64,000 nt of DNA, taken from positions 3,200,001 to 3,264,000 of the forward strand of contig OY970368.1 of NCBI GenBank assembly GCA_963718615.1, read 5' to 3'. Source of the DNA: an uncultured cyanobacterium (lineage in GTDB: Bacteria; Cyanobacteriota; Cyanobacteriia; PCC-9006; JAAUQQ01). Positions 21,400 to 31,350 of the stretch are shown here, piece after piece. Each line of letters starts with the position of its first letter. The first letter of the stretch is position 1. The notes beneath the pieces are model-generated. The model did no database searches and was not told the origin of the DNA. It was given only the letters and a program-made list of their open reading frames with translations. The position numbers were made by a program, and so were the translations under genes.

Positions 21400-22032
21400 A
21401 TGGCAATGCTGGCGATGGCAAGCTTGAATAATCAGCAAAATAATCCGGGGCAGGGTAATCCGGGGCAGCGTCATTCAGGACAGTATCGTCCCTCTCCCTC
21501 TGGCAACGGCCTCACCAGCGCTCAGGCCCAGGCTGCTGGAGCTTTGATGACGCAAAGCGATAACCGGGTGACGGCGAGCTATATTTTTTGGCTGATGTTT
21601 TTGACGGGCTTTGGGGGGCTCCATCGGCTTTACAACGGCAAGATTTTTACAGGGGTTTTGTGGCTTTGTACCTGGGGACTGTTCGGGGTTGGGCAAATTA
21701 TCGATTTGTTTCTGATTCCCGATATGGTCGATGCCCGACGAATGCAGCTATTGCGTCGGGCTGGATTGCTCCAGCCCGGTGCCGTGGGGGTCCCTAGGGC
21801 AGTAGCGACCCAGCCCTTGGAGAAGCCGACGCGGGAGCAGTTGATGGTGCAGTTATTGCAGGCGGCGCGATCGCGCCAAGGCCGACTTACGGTTCCCCAA
21901 GCCGTCATGGATACTCAGCTCAGCTTTGATGAAATTGAAGACCTCCTAAGGGAAATGCACCGCAAGGGCTACGCTTCCATAGATAACGATTTGGAAACCG
22001 GGGTGATTGTGTATCACTTCGTGGGTCTCTAA
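21400..22032 (+). CDS. TM2/NINE domain membrane protein with C-terminal winged helix
   Basis: '[38 protein letters not shown]'. Confidence 0.85.
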   Translation: MAMLAMASLNNQQNNPGQGNPGQRHSGQYRPSPSGNGLTSAQAQAAGALMTQSDNRVTASYIFWLMFLTGFGGLHRLYNGKIFTGVLWLCTWGLFGVGQIIDLFLIPDMVDARRMQLLRRAGLLQPGAVGVPRAVATQPLEKPTREQLMVQLLQAARSRQGRLTVPQAVMDTQLSFDEIEDLLREMHRKGYASIDNDLETGVIVYHFVGL

Positions 22033-22101
22033 CCCTAAATCTCTAGCCCGAAAAAAGACCAATGGGGTTATCCATCGGTCCAATCACTCAAGGTTGCTCG
22101 G

Positions 22102-22419
22102 TTACTTGCCCGCGCAAGGGTTACCTTTGGCCGCACAGGGGTTTGCCTTACCCGCACAGGGATTTGCCTTGGCGGCGCAGGGATTGACTTTACCGGCGCA
22201 GGGATTGCTCTTGGCGGCGCAGGGATTTTCCTTGCCCGCACAGGGATTATTTTTTGCAGCGCAGGGATTTTCCTTCACCTGAGTGGTCGCGGGCGTTGTG
22301 CCTTCGCCAGATTTGACACCTGCACAGGGATTGGCACTGGAACAGCCTGTGGCTAAGCCGCCGACGCCAAGACTCAAAACAGAAAACGCAGCGAGGGTGG
22401 CCCAATATTTAACGCGCAT
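22102..22419 (-). CDS. Cys-rich lipoprotein of xNPCA[A/G]K heptad repeats
   Basis: Signal peptide plus lipobox LATG-C; 9 NPC motifs, 8 of them tandem heptads; start ATG 22419 (alternative GTG 22461). Confidence 0.85.
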   Translation of the reverse strand: MRVKYWATLAAFSVLSLGVGGLATGCSSANPCAGVKSGEGTTPATTQVKENPCAAKNNPCAGKENPCAAKSNPCAGKVNPCAAKANPCAGKANPCAAKGNPCAGK

Positions 22420-22483
22420 GGTTGTAGTTCTCGATTTACTCAAAGAATGGGTTTCGGTCACTCCCCTATTGAGACAAGGGTGG

Positions 22484-22611
22484 CTGAGTTTTTGCTGAGA
22501 ATGGCCTAATACAGGGTTAAGAACTGGAGATCAAACCGCTGAGAAACCGGTGGGGTGGGGCAGGGCCATTTTTCTCAGGTAAATTTCAGCTTTTTGTCAG
22601 TGGGACATCAG
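22484..22611. promoter_or_regulatory. two oppositely oriented arrays of 11-bp-phased TCAG boxes (putative OmpR-family binding sites)
   Basis: TCAG at 22575, 22586, 22597, 22608; CTGA at 22484, 22495, 22539 with CTAA 22506 and TTAA 22517 in phase. Confidence 0.65.
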
Positions 22612-22797
22612 CCTCTTCTGCCAGTCTGGGTGACAGATAGGACAGAGGGCTGAGGGCTGGGCACAAAAACCTATGGTTCGTTGCCAGAATGGTAACCCCA
22701 GGTCTGGCGATCGCCACTCAAGGTATGAATCAGAACAGGTTGAATGAGCTATTTAGAGGGCAAGATTGTGAAAGAAGTTCTACGACGGCGCTCCACC

Positions 22798-23400
22798 ATG
22801 AGCAACCAAGACTGGCATGTAACCAACAACAGCGAATGCATCAAACCCAGCCCCGAGGTCCTGGTGCCAGAGCCGATTGTGCCCTATCGGCTCTATCGCT
22901 TTTTGACCGATCTCGAAGAAATTTTGCTGCGGGATACGGACGATGGGATTCGGCTCCAAAAAATCAGCCCCCTGGTGCGGCATTTGCTCGACAATTCCCC
23001 CTGGATTGAACTGCAATTTTTGCCCCCTGACCCGGAAACCGGCTGGTCTGTCACGATGCTCTATGACGAACCGGATTATCCCTTGACCATTCAGCTCGTC
23101 AGTTGGATGCCGGGGATGGTGTCACCGATTCATAACCATGCCGCCTGGGGTTTGGTGGCGATCCTCAGTGGTCAAGAAAAAAATACGTTCTGGCGGCGAT
23201 CGCCCCAAACCGGTAGCCTCGAACCGGCGGGCGATCGCATTCTCTCCCCCGGTGATGTCATAACGTTTATGCCCGACGCAATTCATCAGGTTGAGGCCCT
23301 GGGGAATGAGCCGGTGATTAGTTTTAATCTATATGGTGAGACTGAGTTCGATCGTCGCTTCGAATACGACCCCGAAACCGGAGCCGCTCAATTGTTTTAG
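22798..23400 (+). CDS. cysteine-dioxygenase-like cupin
   Basis: 'SPIHNHAAWGLV' and 'DAIHQV' 3-His cupin motifs; ORF could extend upstream to ATG 22744. Confidence 0.85.
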   Translation: MSNQDWHVTNNSECIKPSPEVLVPEPIVPYRLYRFLTDLEEILLRDTDDGIRLQKISPLVRHLLDNSPWIELQFLPPDPETGWSVTMLYDEPDYPLTIQLVSWMPGMVSPIHNHAAWGLVAILSGQEKNTFWRRSPQTGSLEPAGDRILSPGDVITFMPDAIHQVEALGNEPVISFNLYGETEFDRRFEYDPETGAAQLF

Positions 23401-23452
23401 GGAGCAGCCCACTGGTGCTCTTGTTTGGTCTAATGTTCCGCAACCGCTGTTG

Positions 23453-24877
23453 ATGCCTGGTCAAGTTCCCCGCCAGAAAAGCAATTCCCCAGCCCCTTCG
23501 CTGGGGACAAAGCTGACTGTTCAGGTGGCTATTCTGTCGGCCTTAGGGCTGAGCGGCATTACCGGCTGGGCCATTTGGCAAATGCAACAGATCCTTGTGG
23601 GGTCCCATCAACAGACGTTGGACTATGTGGCCGAGCGTTTTCCAGCCCAGTTAGAAAATGCCATGGCGGCCCACGGGGGAAGCCAAGCCGTTGAAGTAGA
23701 GTTGACCCAGGCCGTCGAACGGATTTCGAGCGATCGCCTCATGGTCTGGATCGCCAATGACCAAGGCCAGGTGCTGGCCCGCTCTGCCAAGGCTTCGGCG
23801 GACACACTGACACTGGATGAACTCTTTCCCTACGTCACGATGGCGTCACGATCGCGCCTGTTGCACTTGGGCGATCGCTATTTGCTCATTTGCGGTCGTC
23901 GCTTGATGCCTCAAAATGCCGCCCTGGGTCAGCTCTATTTGGTCCTGGATGTAACGGAAGAACAGGAAAGATTATTAACCGGAGCCCGTAATTTAGTGCT
24001 GGCAGCAGTGCTGGTATTTTTGGGATTGATTGGCGCGATCGCCTACAGTATTCGCCAAGCCACCCAACCGCTCCAAATCATTAGCCAGACTGCAAGCGCC
24101 ATCTCCGCGAGAAATCTAGGCGAAACCCGGCTGGAACTGGCCCAAGCGCCAGCGGAAATTGTTGGGTTAGTCGAAGCCTTTAATGCCATGTTGGAACGGT
24201 TGGCGATCGCCTGGGGCAAACAGCGGCAATTTGTCAACGACGCCTCCCATGAGCTGCGAACCCCGTTGGCGATCGTTCAAGGCTATGTCCAGAGCGTGCT
24301 GCGACGCCCCAGCAATCTTACCCCCCGCCAAGTCGAAAGCCTCGAAACCGCCGCCGAAGAGGCCGAACGCACAATTCAGCTTCTCCAGGAAATGCTAGAC
24401 CTGGCTCGATCTGAAAATGGAGAGTTGGCCATACAGATGGAACCCATCACGCTTCAGCCCCTACTCAAAGAAGCCGCCGCCGCCGCCGAGGTGCACCATC
24501 AGCGGACGATCGTTTTAGAATTACCCTCAGATCCTATTGTCGCCTTGAGTGACGCCATGCATCTACGGCAGGTCCTGCGCAACTTACTGGAGAATGCCAT
24601 TCAGTACTCCGAAGCTTCAGTGCAGATTGAGTTGAGTCAGCAAGAGTATGGCGCTGTGATTGCCGTGCGCGATCGCGGTATCGGCATCTCTCCCGAACAA
24701 CAAGCCCACATCTTCGAGCGCTTCTACCGCGCCGATGAAGCCCGCCATCGCCAAGGCGGCACTGGCCTCGGCCTTGCCCTCGTCAAAGCTCTGGTTGAAG
24801 CCATGGGGGGCCAAATCACCGTCCAATCTCAACTCAACCAAGGCTCCACCTTCACCCTAACCCTCCCCCATCCCTAA
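23453..24877 (+). CDS. sensor histidine kinase (2 TM, HAMP, HisKA, HATPase)
   Basis: 'DASHELRTPL', 'NLLENAIQY', 'DRGIGI', 'GGTGLGL'; start approximate. Confidence 0.93.
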   Translation: MPGQVPRQKSNSPAPSLGTKLTVQVAILSALGLSGITGWAIWQMQQILVGSHQQTLDYVAERFPAQLENAMAAHGGSQAVEVELTQAVERISSDRLMVWIANDQGQVLARSAKASADTLTLDELFPYVTMASRSRLLHLGDRYLLICGRRLMPQNAALGQLYLVLDVTEEQERLLTGARNLVLAAVLVFLGLIGAIAYSIRQATQPLQIISQTASAISARNLGETRLELAQAPAEIVGLVEAFNAMLERLAIAWGKQRQFVNDASHELRTPLAIVQGYVQSVLRRPSNLTPRQVESLETAAEEAERTIQLLQEMLDLARSENGELAIQMEPITLQPLLKEAAAAAEVHHQRTIVLELPSDPIVALSDAMHLRQVLRNLLENAIQYSEASVQIELSQQEYGAVIAVRDRGIGISPEQQAHIFERFYRADEARHRQGGTGLGLALVKALVEAMGGQITVQSQLNQGSTFTLTLPHP

Positions 24878-24910
24878 CGCCCCCACCCCATCACCCCATT
24901 ACCTCCCCCC

Positions 24911-25588
24911 ATGAACACCCACATTCTCGTCGTTGAAGATGAAATCAAACTCGCCCGACTCCTAGAGCTAGAATTAGTCGAGGAAGGCTACGAGGTGACG
25001 GTGGCCAATGATGGCTTATCGGGCTTAACCAGTGCCCGTGACAGCAACCCCGATTTGCTGATTTTGGACTGGATGTTGCCGGGAATTTCGGGTGTGGAAA
25101 TTTGCCGCAGATTGCGATCGACCGGGATTAAAACCCCAATCATTTTGCTCACTGCAAAGGACGAAGTTTCCGCCCGCGTCGAAGGGTTAGATGCGGGGGC
25201 CGATGATTATGTGGTCAAGCCCTTTAGTTTGGAAGAATTGCTGGCACGGGTGCGATCAAATTTGCGTCGAGTCCAGCCTAACGAAGCAGAACGTCTAGAG
25301 TTTAGCGATTTGCGCTTGGATCGAAAGACGCGGGAAGTCTGGCGGGGCGATCGCCTCATCGAACTCACGGTCAAGGAGTTTGATTTACTGGAATACTTGC
25401 TGGCACACCCTCGCCAAGTGATTACCCGTGACCAAATCCTAGAGAAGGTTTGGGGCTACGATTTTATGGGAGATTCCAATATTATTGAGGTCTACGTGCG
25501 TTATCTGCGGCTGAAATTAGAAGACCAGGGCGAATCTCGGCTGATTCAGACAGTACGGGGTGTGGGCTATGTGTTGCGGGAGGGGTGA
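24911..25588 (+). CDS. OmpR-family response regulator (NblR/Rre28-like)
   Basis: 'LDWMLP', 'GADDYVVKPF', 'IEVYVRYLRLKL', 'IQTVRGVGY'. Confidence 0.93.
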   Translation: MNTHILVVEDEIKLARLLELELVEEGYEVTVANDGLSGLTSARDSNPDLLILDWMLPGISGVEICRRLRSTGIKTPIILLTAKDEVSARVEGLDAGADDYVVKPFSLEELLARVRSNLRRVQPNEAERLEFSDLRLDRKTREVWRGDRLIELTVKEFDLLEYLLAHPRQVITRDQILEKVWGYDFMGDSNIIEVYVRYLRLKLEDQGESRLIQTVRGVGYVLREG

Positions 25589-25629
25589 GTCGTACAGAGG
25601 AACTGGATGTTTCACCCCTGTCCGGGAGG

Positions 25630-26427
25630 CTACAGGCGATCGCCATCCATCACCTTGCCATCCCGGAACCAAATGACTCGCTTGGCCCGATCGCCCACAT
25701 CCTTTTCGTGGGTCACCACAATGATCGTCATACCACTCTGATGCAGCTCATCAAAAATATTCAACACGTCCTGAGTTGTATGAGAATCTAAAGCCCCCGT
25801 TGGCTCATCCGCGAGCAGCAAGACCGGACGGTTGACGATGGCACGGGCGATCGCCACCCGCTGCTGTTGTCCACCAGACAACTGAGTGGGTTTATTGTTG
25901 AGGCGATCGCCCAACCCCACCCGCAACAGCGCAGCCTTAGACCGTTCCAATCGCTCTTCTTTTGAGATGCTGGCATAAATCATTGGCAACATGACGTTCT
26001 CCGTTGCCGTGAGCTGCGGTAACAAATGGAACTGCTGAAACACAAACCCCAGCTTGCGGTTCCGAATATGGGCCAGGGCATCGTCATCCATTTGGGCCAC
26101 ATCTTGACCATCCAGATAGTAGCGACCGCTAGTGGGGCGATCGAGACAGCCAATCACATTCATCGCCGTTGACTTGCCCGAACCGGAGGCCCCCATAATG
26201 GCGCAATAGTCCCCCTGCTCAACCGTTAAGTTCACCCCGGCCAAGGCATGAACCGTAGTTTCGCCCATACCATAAACTTTAGTAACATTTTCGAGCTGAA
26301 CGGTGGGACGAATCAGGGTGGTTGCGGCGGCAAGACGCTCTGGACTGCCCTCTAAAGAACTATCCGAAGCACTCCTTGAAGCACTATCCGAAGCCCGATT
26401 GGAAGAGCCAAAAGAATTGGGTTGCAT
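25630..26427 (-). CDS. ABC transporter ATP-binding protein (LolD/MacB type)
   Basis: 'GASGSGKS', '[14 protein letters not shown]', '[11 protein letters not shown]'. Confidence 0.93.
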   Translation of the reverse strand: MQPNSFGSSNRASDSASRSASDSSLEGSPERLAAATTLIRPTVQLENVTKVYGMGETTVHALAGVNLTVEQGDYCAIMGASGSGKSTAMNVIGCLDRPTSGRYYLDGQDVAQMDDDALAHIRNRKLGFVFQQFHLLPQLTATENVMLPMIYASISKEERLERSKAALLRVGLGDRLNNKPTQLSGGQQQRVAIARAIVNRPVLLLADEPTGALDSHTTQDVLNIFDELHQSGMTIIVVTHEKDVGDRAKRVIWFRDGKVMDGDRL

Positions 26428-26649
26428 TGGGAATGACAGAGGGTGAACAAATGGGCGATCGCCACGTCTAGAACAATGAAGCGGTCTATGATTGGTCTAT
26501 CACTATGGTAATCAGCAGATGGGCGGTTTACCGGCGTTGTTCCGGGGAAAAACCTCCTAAAAGCTGAAAAAGCCCCGGTGTAGACTGAAGTTAGAGGGAG
26601 GCGACGGCATCTCCGACGCTTTTGGCCTTTCCGTTGTGGGGAAACATCC

Positions 26650-27420
26650 ATGAACGACAATTTTGAATCCAGGGATCCGAATCCAGAAACCGTCAATCTC
26701 AGCACCGTGAAACCGGGAGCCCCAGAGACGACACCGAAGTCTAAAACACGACCCATTGTCCTAGCGACGGCGGGGGCAGTCGCGGCCATGTTGGCGGCAA
26801 CCGGGGGCGCAGTCTGGTTCAACAATCAGCCGGATTCCACCGCTGTGACCCCTCAACCCACGGAAACGGCGATCGCCGACCCAAGTTCTCGTCTTAACGA
26901 ATCGCCCACGGCCCCACAACCGACCCCCGCCCCCACGGCAACAACGCCAGGGAACGGCATCGGTGGACCCAGTGACCCCGTACCCCCGGCGGCGTCTCCC
27001 GTCACAGCAGGGGCGGCGGTGTATTGGGTTGGAGCGGATAACAATCAGATTCAGTTTGAGCCTGAGCCGATCGCCATCAAGCCCGATACAGCCCCGGATA
27101 TTGCCCTAGAGACGGCCTTTGCAGAGCTCCTCAGTGGCGAAAAAACCACAGCCATTCCGACCAATACCAAACTCTTGGGGGTGACGGTTTCGGGGGATGA
27201 TGTGCGTCTCAATCTGTCGAAGGAATTTACCAGCGGGGGCGGCAGTACCTCCATGGCCGCTCGATTGGGCCAGGTAGTTTATACAACAACAGCGGTGCAA
27301 CCCAATGCAAAACTCTGGCTATCGGTAGAGGGCAAGTTGCTAGAGGTGTTGGGGGGTGAGGGCTTAGTCATTGAGCAGCCGCTGACGGAGGAAGTTTACC
27401 AGCGCGATTTTAGTTTCTAG
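26650..27420 (+). CDS. GerMN domain protein
   Basis: TM plus Pro/Thr linker; 'TAIPTNTKLL', 'LSKEFTSGGGSTSM..RLGQVVYT'. Confidence 0.88.
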   Translation: MNDNFESRDPNPETVNLSTVKPGAPETTPKSKTRPIVLATAGAVAAMLAATGGAVWFNNQPDSTAVTPQPTETAIADPSSRLNESPTAPQPTPAPTATTPGNGIGGPSDPVPPAASPVTAGAAVYWVGADNNQIQFEPEPIAIKPDTAPDIALETAFAELLSGEKTTAIPTNTKLLGVTVSGDDVRLNLSKEFTSGGGSTSMAARLGQVVYTTTAVQPNAKLWLSVEGKLLEVLGGEGLVIEQPLTEEVYQRDFSF

Positions 27421-27539
27421 ACAACTCTGCGCTGCAAGGCTACAGGGTTTCAGGGAAAGGTTAGCAGTTGGGTCTAGGGGGTGATCCCTGCGAGCCCCGA
27501 TAGGGTATTTTGTTGGATGCCCATTCCCGAAGAGGCCCT

Positions 27540-28490
27540 ATGGATCGCTACGTGCTGCTTGCCCCTGCCAAAATCAATCTGTATCTGGAAATCATTGGCG
27601 ATCGCCCCGACGGTTTCCACGAACTGGCCATGGTCATGCAAACGGTGGCGCTGAGCGATCGCATCACCCTCTCGAACCTCAGCACCGACACGATCCGGAT
27701 TCACTGCGACCACCCCGAAGTCCCCAGCGACGAAACCAACTTGGCCTATCGCGCCGCAGACCTGATGCGGCAAAAATTCTCCCAAGCCTTTGCCCGCTAT
27801 GGCGGTGTCGGCATTGACATCGAAAAGCACATTCCCGTGGGTGCAGGACTGGCCGGCGGCTCAACGGATGCGGCGGCGGTTTTGGTGGGGATTGACCTGA
27901 TGTGGAAGCTGGGGCTGACGCGGGTAGAATTGCAAGCCTTGGGGGCCGAGCTGGGGTCTGATGTGCCCTTTTGTATTTCGGGGGGAACGGCGATCGCCAC
28001 CGGTCGGGGAGAACAGCTTGCGCCCTTACCGGATTTGCAGGGTCTGTTTGTGGTTCTGGGCAAATACCGTAGCCTTTCCGTCTCGACCCCCTGGGCTTAC
28101 AAAACCTACCGCAGCCAGTTTGAATCGGGCTATGTGCGGGAGCCGGGAAGTCTGTTGGCGCGGCGGGAGCGGGTGCATTCGGGGCCGATGGTGGCGGCGA
28201 TCGCCCAACAGGATGGTCCCACCATTGCCCAGCGCCTCTACAACGATCTGGAAAAAGTCGTGTTGCCCCAATATCCCCAGGTGCAAGCCCTACGCGATGC
28301 CTGTAAGCGCCAGCCTGAAACCCTCGGTGCCATGATGTCCGGCTCCGGCCCCACGGTCTTTGCCCTCAGCGCCACCCAGGCCGGAGCCGAACAGATCAAA
28401 ACCGCCGTGGCAGCGGCACTGGATCATCCGGATCTTGACCTTTGGGTCACCGCCCTCAGCCCCATGGGGGTCTGTTTGGCCAATCGTTAG
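27540..28490 (+). CDS. ispE: 4-(cytidine 5'-diphospho)-2-C-methyl-D-erythritol kinase
   Basis: 'APAKINLYL', 'IPVGAGLAGGSTDAA', 'MMSGSGPTVF'. Confidence 0.96.
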   Translation: MDRYVLLAPAKINLYLEIIGDRPDGFHELAMVMQTVALSDRITLSNLSTDTIRIHCDHPEVPSDETNLAYRAADLMRQKFSQAFARYGGVGIDIEKHIPVGAGLAGGSTDAAAVLVGIDLMWKLGLTRVELQALGAELGSDVPFCISGGTAIATGRGEQLAPLPDLQGLFVVLGKYRSLSVSTPWAYKTYRSQFESGYVREPGSLLARRERVHSGPMVAAIAQQDGPTIAQRLYNDLEKVVLPQYPQVQALRDACKRQPETLGAMMSGSGPTVFALSATQAGAEQIKTAVAAALDHPDLDLWVTALSPMGVCLANR

Positions 28491-28553
28491 TCAGTTGGGG
28501 CTCAAATCTGTAGAATGGATTGGGAATAACAGATGGACCTACGGGGTTGTGCT

Positions 28554-28946
28554 ATGAGCGAAACGTCCAGTCCAAAAATAGTTAGTCCAAAAACGGCCAG
28601 TCCAAAAACGGCCAGTCCAGAGACCACGGGTACCGCTGCTGTGCGCCAACCCCCCAGTGTCTTCCAGTGTCTCAATGGCGCAGGGCTAGCATCGCTCTTA
28701 AGCTGGGGTGCTTATTCGCTCACCCACAAAGTTGCCCAAAACTTTGCGGCTCATCCCTTTCGTTCGTCGAACTATGTAGCGGTTAACATTTCGATCGCGA
28801 CCCGAACCCTCGTGGTTGGGAGCCTCGTGTTGGCAACCGCCGTCTTTAGTATTGCAGCCCTGGGTCTTCTGGGGTTGGGCATACAAACCCTGCTGCAAAA
28901 ATGGGGCCTGCTGCAAAAACGGGACAATCAAGCATCTGCCGATTAA
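28554..28946 (+). CDS. DUF3082 membrane protein
   Basis: 'AVNISIATRTLVVG' motif, two TMs; 15-bp SPKTA repeats at the N-terminus. Confidence 0.75.
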   Translation: MSETSSPKIVSPKTASPKTASPETTGTAAVRQPPSVFQCLNGAGLASLLSWGAYSLTHKVAQNFAAHPFRSSNYVAVNISIATRTLVVGSLVLATAVFSIAALGLLGLGIQTLLQKWGLLQKRDNQASAD

Positions 28947-29013
28947 GACTCTGAATTCGTTCTAAATCTGTTCTGAATTTGTATTGAGCAAGTGCTTCTT
29001 TATTAAGACTTTT

Positions 29014-30288
29014 ATGGAAATTCAACAGTTATTGGTGCGATGGTTGCGGGCCTATCCCGGTCTTTGGCTGTCGCCCCTCGGTTTGGGAATTCTGGGCAGC
29101 TGGCTTTGGCTTCAGCCCACCACACCGCAGAAATCCGTCGATCATCTTTTAGAATCCCCCGTTTCGGCCCATTTGGTTCCTGAGGGCTTGGTGACGACGA
29201 CTTCAGAGAATTTAGCGCCCTTTGCCCGCATTGCCAAACAGGAGCCCACGGCCCTGGGTCCAGCCTTTGGGGACTATGGTCCGCAGCCTAAGGGCGCGAT
29301 CGCAGCAGCATCCGCATCCGCCACCTCAGCCGCCTCAACCCCTGCAAAACCGAAGACCGACGCTGAACTCGTTGCCGAAGCGGCAAAGCTTGGGAGCGAA
29401 CCCCCAGCGCCTGCGACCCCATCGACGGCGTCGGCCAAAGCGACGACCAAACCTCCGGCTCCCCCCGCTGCGGTCAGCAAACCCACGGCCCCAGCCCAGC
29501 CCCAAGCGGCCTTACCTCCGGCTCCCGATCCCCAAACGGTGGTGAATCCGGCGGTGGATCAGGTGATTACGATGCAGGTGGCGATCGCCGAGGGAGATAC
29601 CAATCTCAGTATGGGCACGAGTGATGGCGGGGTTGTCTTTACCCCCCAAGGTCAAGGGTTGTTGCAACTGGGGGCGGGGAGTCATGCCCTCTCCTGCAAG
29701 GGTCAAAATCTTGTGTTGGATCAGCAACAAAACTTGCCTAGCACGGTGATGATGGCTCCGGCGGGTAATGGGGTGAATTATGTGCGCGATCGCAGATACC
29801 GAGGCCGCATCCAGTTTTTCTGTCAGGGCAATACGGTCCTCGCAGTGAACCATATTGATTTGCAGCACTATCTCTACAGCGTGGTGGGCAGTGAAGTCTC
29901 TGCCAGTTGGCCGATCGCGGCGCTCAAGGCCCAAGCAGTTGCGGCGCGTTCCTATGCCCTGACCTATCACTTCCGCCCCGCTACGGAGCATTTCCATATG
30001 GGCGACTCGGAGTCGTATCAGGTGTATAAGGGGATTGAATCGGAGGACAGCCGGGTAATGCAGGCGGTTCACGAGACTGCTGGAGAATTTATCAGCTATC
30101 AAGGGGGGATTGTGGAGTCGCTCTATGCGGCGTCGGATGAGATTGTGATGGAGGCGTTTAAGGGGGGCGGGATGAGCCAGCTCGGGGCTCGGGATCTGTC
30201 CCAGCAGGGCTATAACTATCTGCAAATTTTGGGCTATTACTATCCCAATACGAGTTTGGGGCGGTTGGTTTTGGATACGGATTCCTAG
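29014..30288 (+). CDS. SpoIID/LytB domain protein
   Basis: 'YRG', 'YLYSVVGSE', 'ALKAQAVAARSYA', 'GMSQLGA', 'ILGYYYP'. Confidence 0.9.
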   Translation: MEIQQLLVRWLRAYPGLWLSPLGLGILGSWLWLQPTTPQKSVDHLLESPVSAHLVPEGLVTTTSENLAPFARIAKQEPTALGPAFGDYGPQPKGAIAAASASATSAASTPAKPKTDAELVAEAAKLGSEPPAPATPSTASAKATTKPPAPPAAVSKPTAPAQPQAALPPAPDPQTVVNPAVDQVITMQVAIAEGDTNLSMGTSDGGVVFTPQGQGLLQLGAGSHALSCKGQNLVLDQQQNLPSTVMMAPAGNGVNYVRDRRYRGRIQFFCQGNTVLAVNHIDLQHYLYSVVGSEVSASWPIAALKAQAVAARSYALTYHFRPATEHFHMGDSESYQVYKGIESEDSRVMQAVHETAGEFISYQGGIVESLYAASDEIVMEAFKGGGMSQLGARDLSQQGYNYLQILGYYYPNTSLGRLVLDTDS

Positions 30289-30406
30289 GGGGGGAATGGT
30301 GTCTCCTGGGCTGATCTATCTCGGCAATCTGCTATCGCAAAGATGTCGTGCTGCTTTTGCTATGGCTGGTATGGTGTGCCTTGATGAAAGCGCATGACCC
30401 ACTCCC

Positions 30407-30640
30407 TTACCGTTCTTGAGCAGATAGAGCTTGTAACTCAGTATCTAATGACTGTTGTAGTTCTCGGCGATTTCGTGCTTGACGGCTTAGTTTTTCATGA
30501 GGCTCAGCAAGACTGTAAGCTGGTATGACGAGTTTTGCTTTTCCTGCTTCACAGAGTTGCAAAATCTGTTCACAACTTAAATATTGCTCTTGCTCAAAGG
30601 TTAGTTCTAGAACAAAGTTTGTCTCAACATAAATATTCAC
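30407..30640 (-). pseudogene. 3'-truncated PIN-domain toxin-like gene
   Basis: 'MNIYVETNFVLEL...KLVIPAYSLAEP' PIN N-terminus, only 77 aa; 4-bp overlap with upstream gene. Confidence 0.65.
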
Positions 30641-31107
30641 GCAGCGACCTCATGATCAAACTTCCCTCCAGCTAAGGCAGCATAAAGTCCTGACTCAATT
30701 AACCATTGTTGAGAAGCATCAATGTTCTCAGGCCGTTGATCTGAATGAATTATCTCTCCAAGCCAAGATGTAATGACGAGTTCTAGACTAGCTCCACCAA
30801 TTTGATCAGCCGTTACTCCTGCCCTCTCAAAGTAGGGTTGAAGAATTGGGGATGCATCAATAGTATAGGTAGGTTCGCTCTGATCCTGATAAGCCTCAGC
30901 ATTGGACCATAGGTAAAATTTATCTGGAAAAGCCATCAAAAAATGCGGAGCTTTCGGGAAAGTTCCGTGGGCAAGGATATTTCGACGTAGCTTTGCTGCC
31001 CACTCCGGCGATACATTAGTTTTGCGCTTGACTTCAATGACAAGAACCCGTTGACCGTTACAGTTGTCAACTGACAAGTCCCAACCAGAATCAGGTCTCA
31101 TAACCAT
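30637..31107 (-). CDS. restriction-endonuclease-like fold protein, putative partner of the PIN gene
   Basis: 'WDLSV...VIEVK' D-(x)n-ExK motif; translational coupling to the PIN gene. Confidence 0.5.
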   Translation of the reverse strand: MVMRPDSGWDLSVDNCNGQRVLVIEVKRKTNVSPEWAAKLRRNILAHGTFPKAPHFLMAFPDKFYLWSNAEAYQDQSEPTYTIDASPILQPYFERAGVTADQIGGASLELVITSWLGEIIHSDQRPENIDASQQWLIESGLYAALAGGKFDHEVAA

Positions 31108-31147
31108 AATTAGATTCGCCTGTGAAACCGCTACCTACTATAAAGGC

Positions 31148-31324
31148 TTACTTTATTCTAAAGCGAATTTCTAGCCCGTCCGCCTCAGGGCCTATGTACC
31201 GATCGATCTCAGGATCCGATGCATAGTCAAACAGGTCTTGTAGATCAGTCTGTCGCAATGCGCGCAACATCAAACGCTGGGTCGTCAGCGTCGGGAATTG
31301 TGTGAAGAGTGACCGTATATCCAT
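31148..31324 (-). pseudogene. N-terminal fragment of a RimJ/RimL-type GNAT acetyltransferase
   Basis: Manual translation MDIRSLFTQFPTLTTQRLMLRALRQTDLQDLFDYASDPEIDRY... stops after 58 aa; below the ORF-track cutoff. Confidence 0.75.
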
Positions 31325-31350
31325 AGATCAGTCCGTCGTCATTGGTTCAT

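Noticed and set aside
22102-22275. 21-bp periodic repeats as a CRISPR array
   Set aside because: Contiguous in-frame coding repeats with no unique spacers and no cas genes
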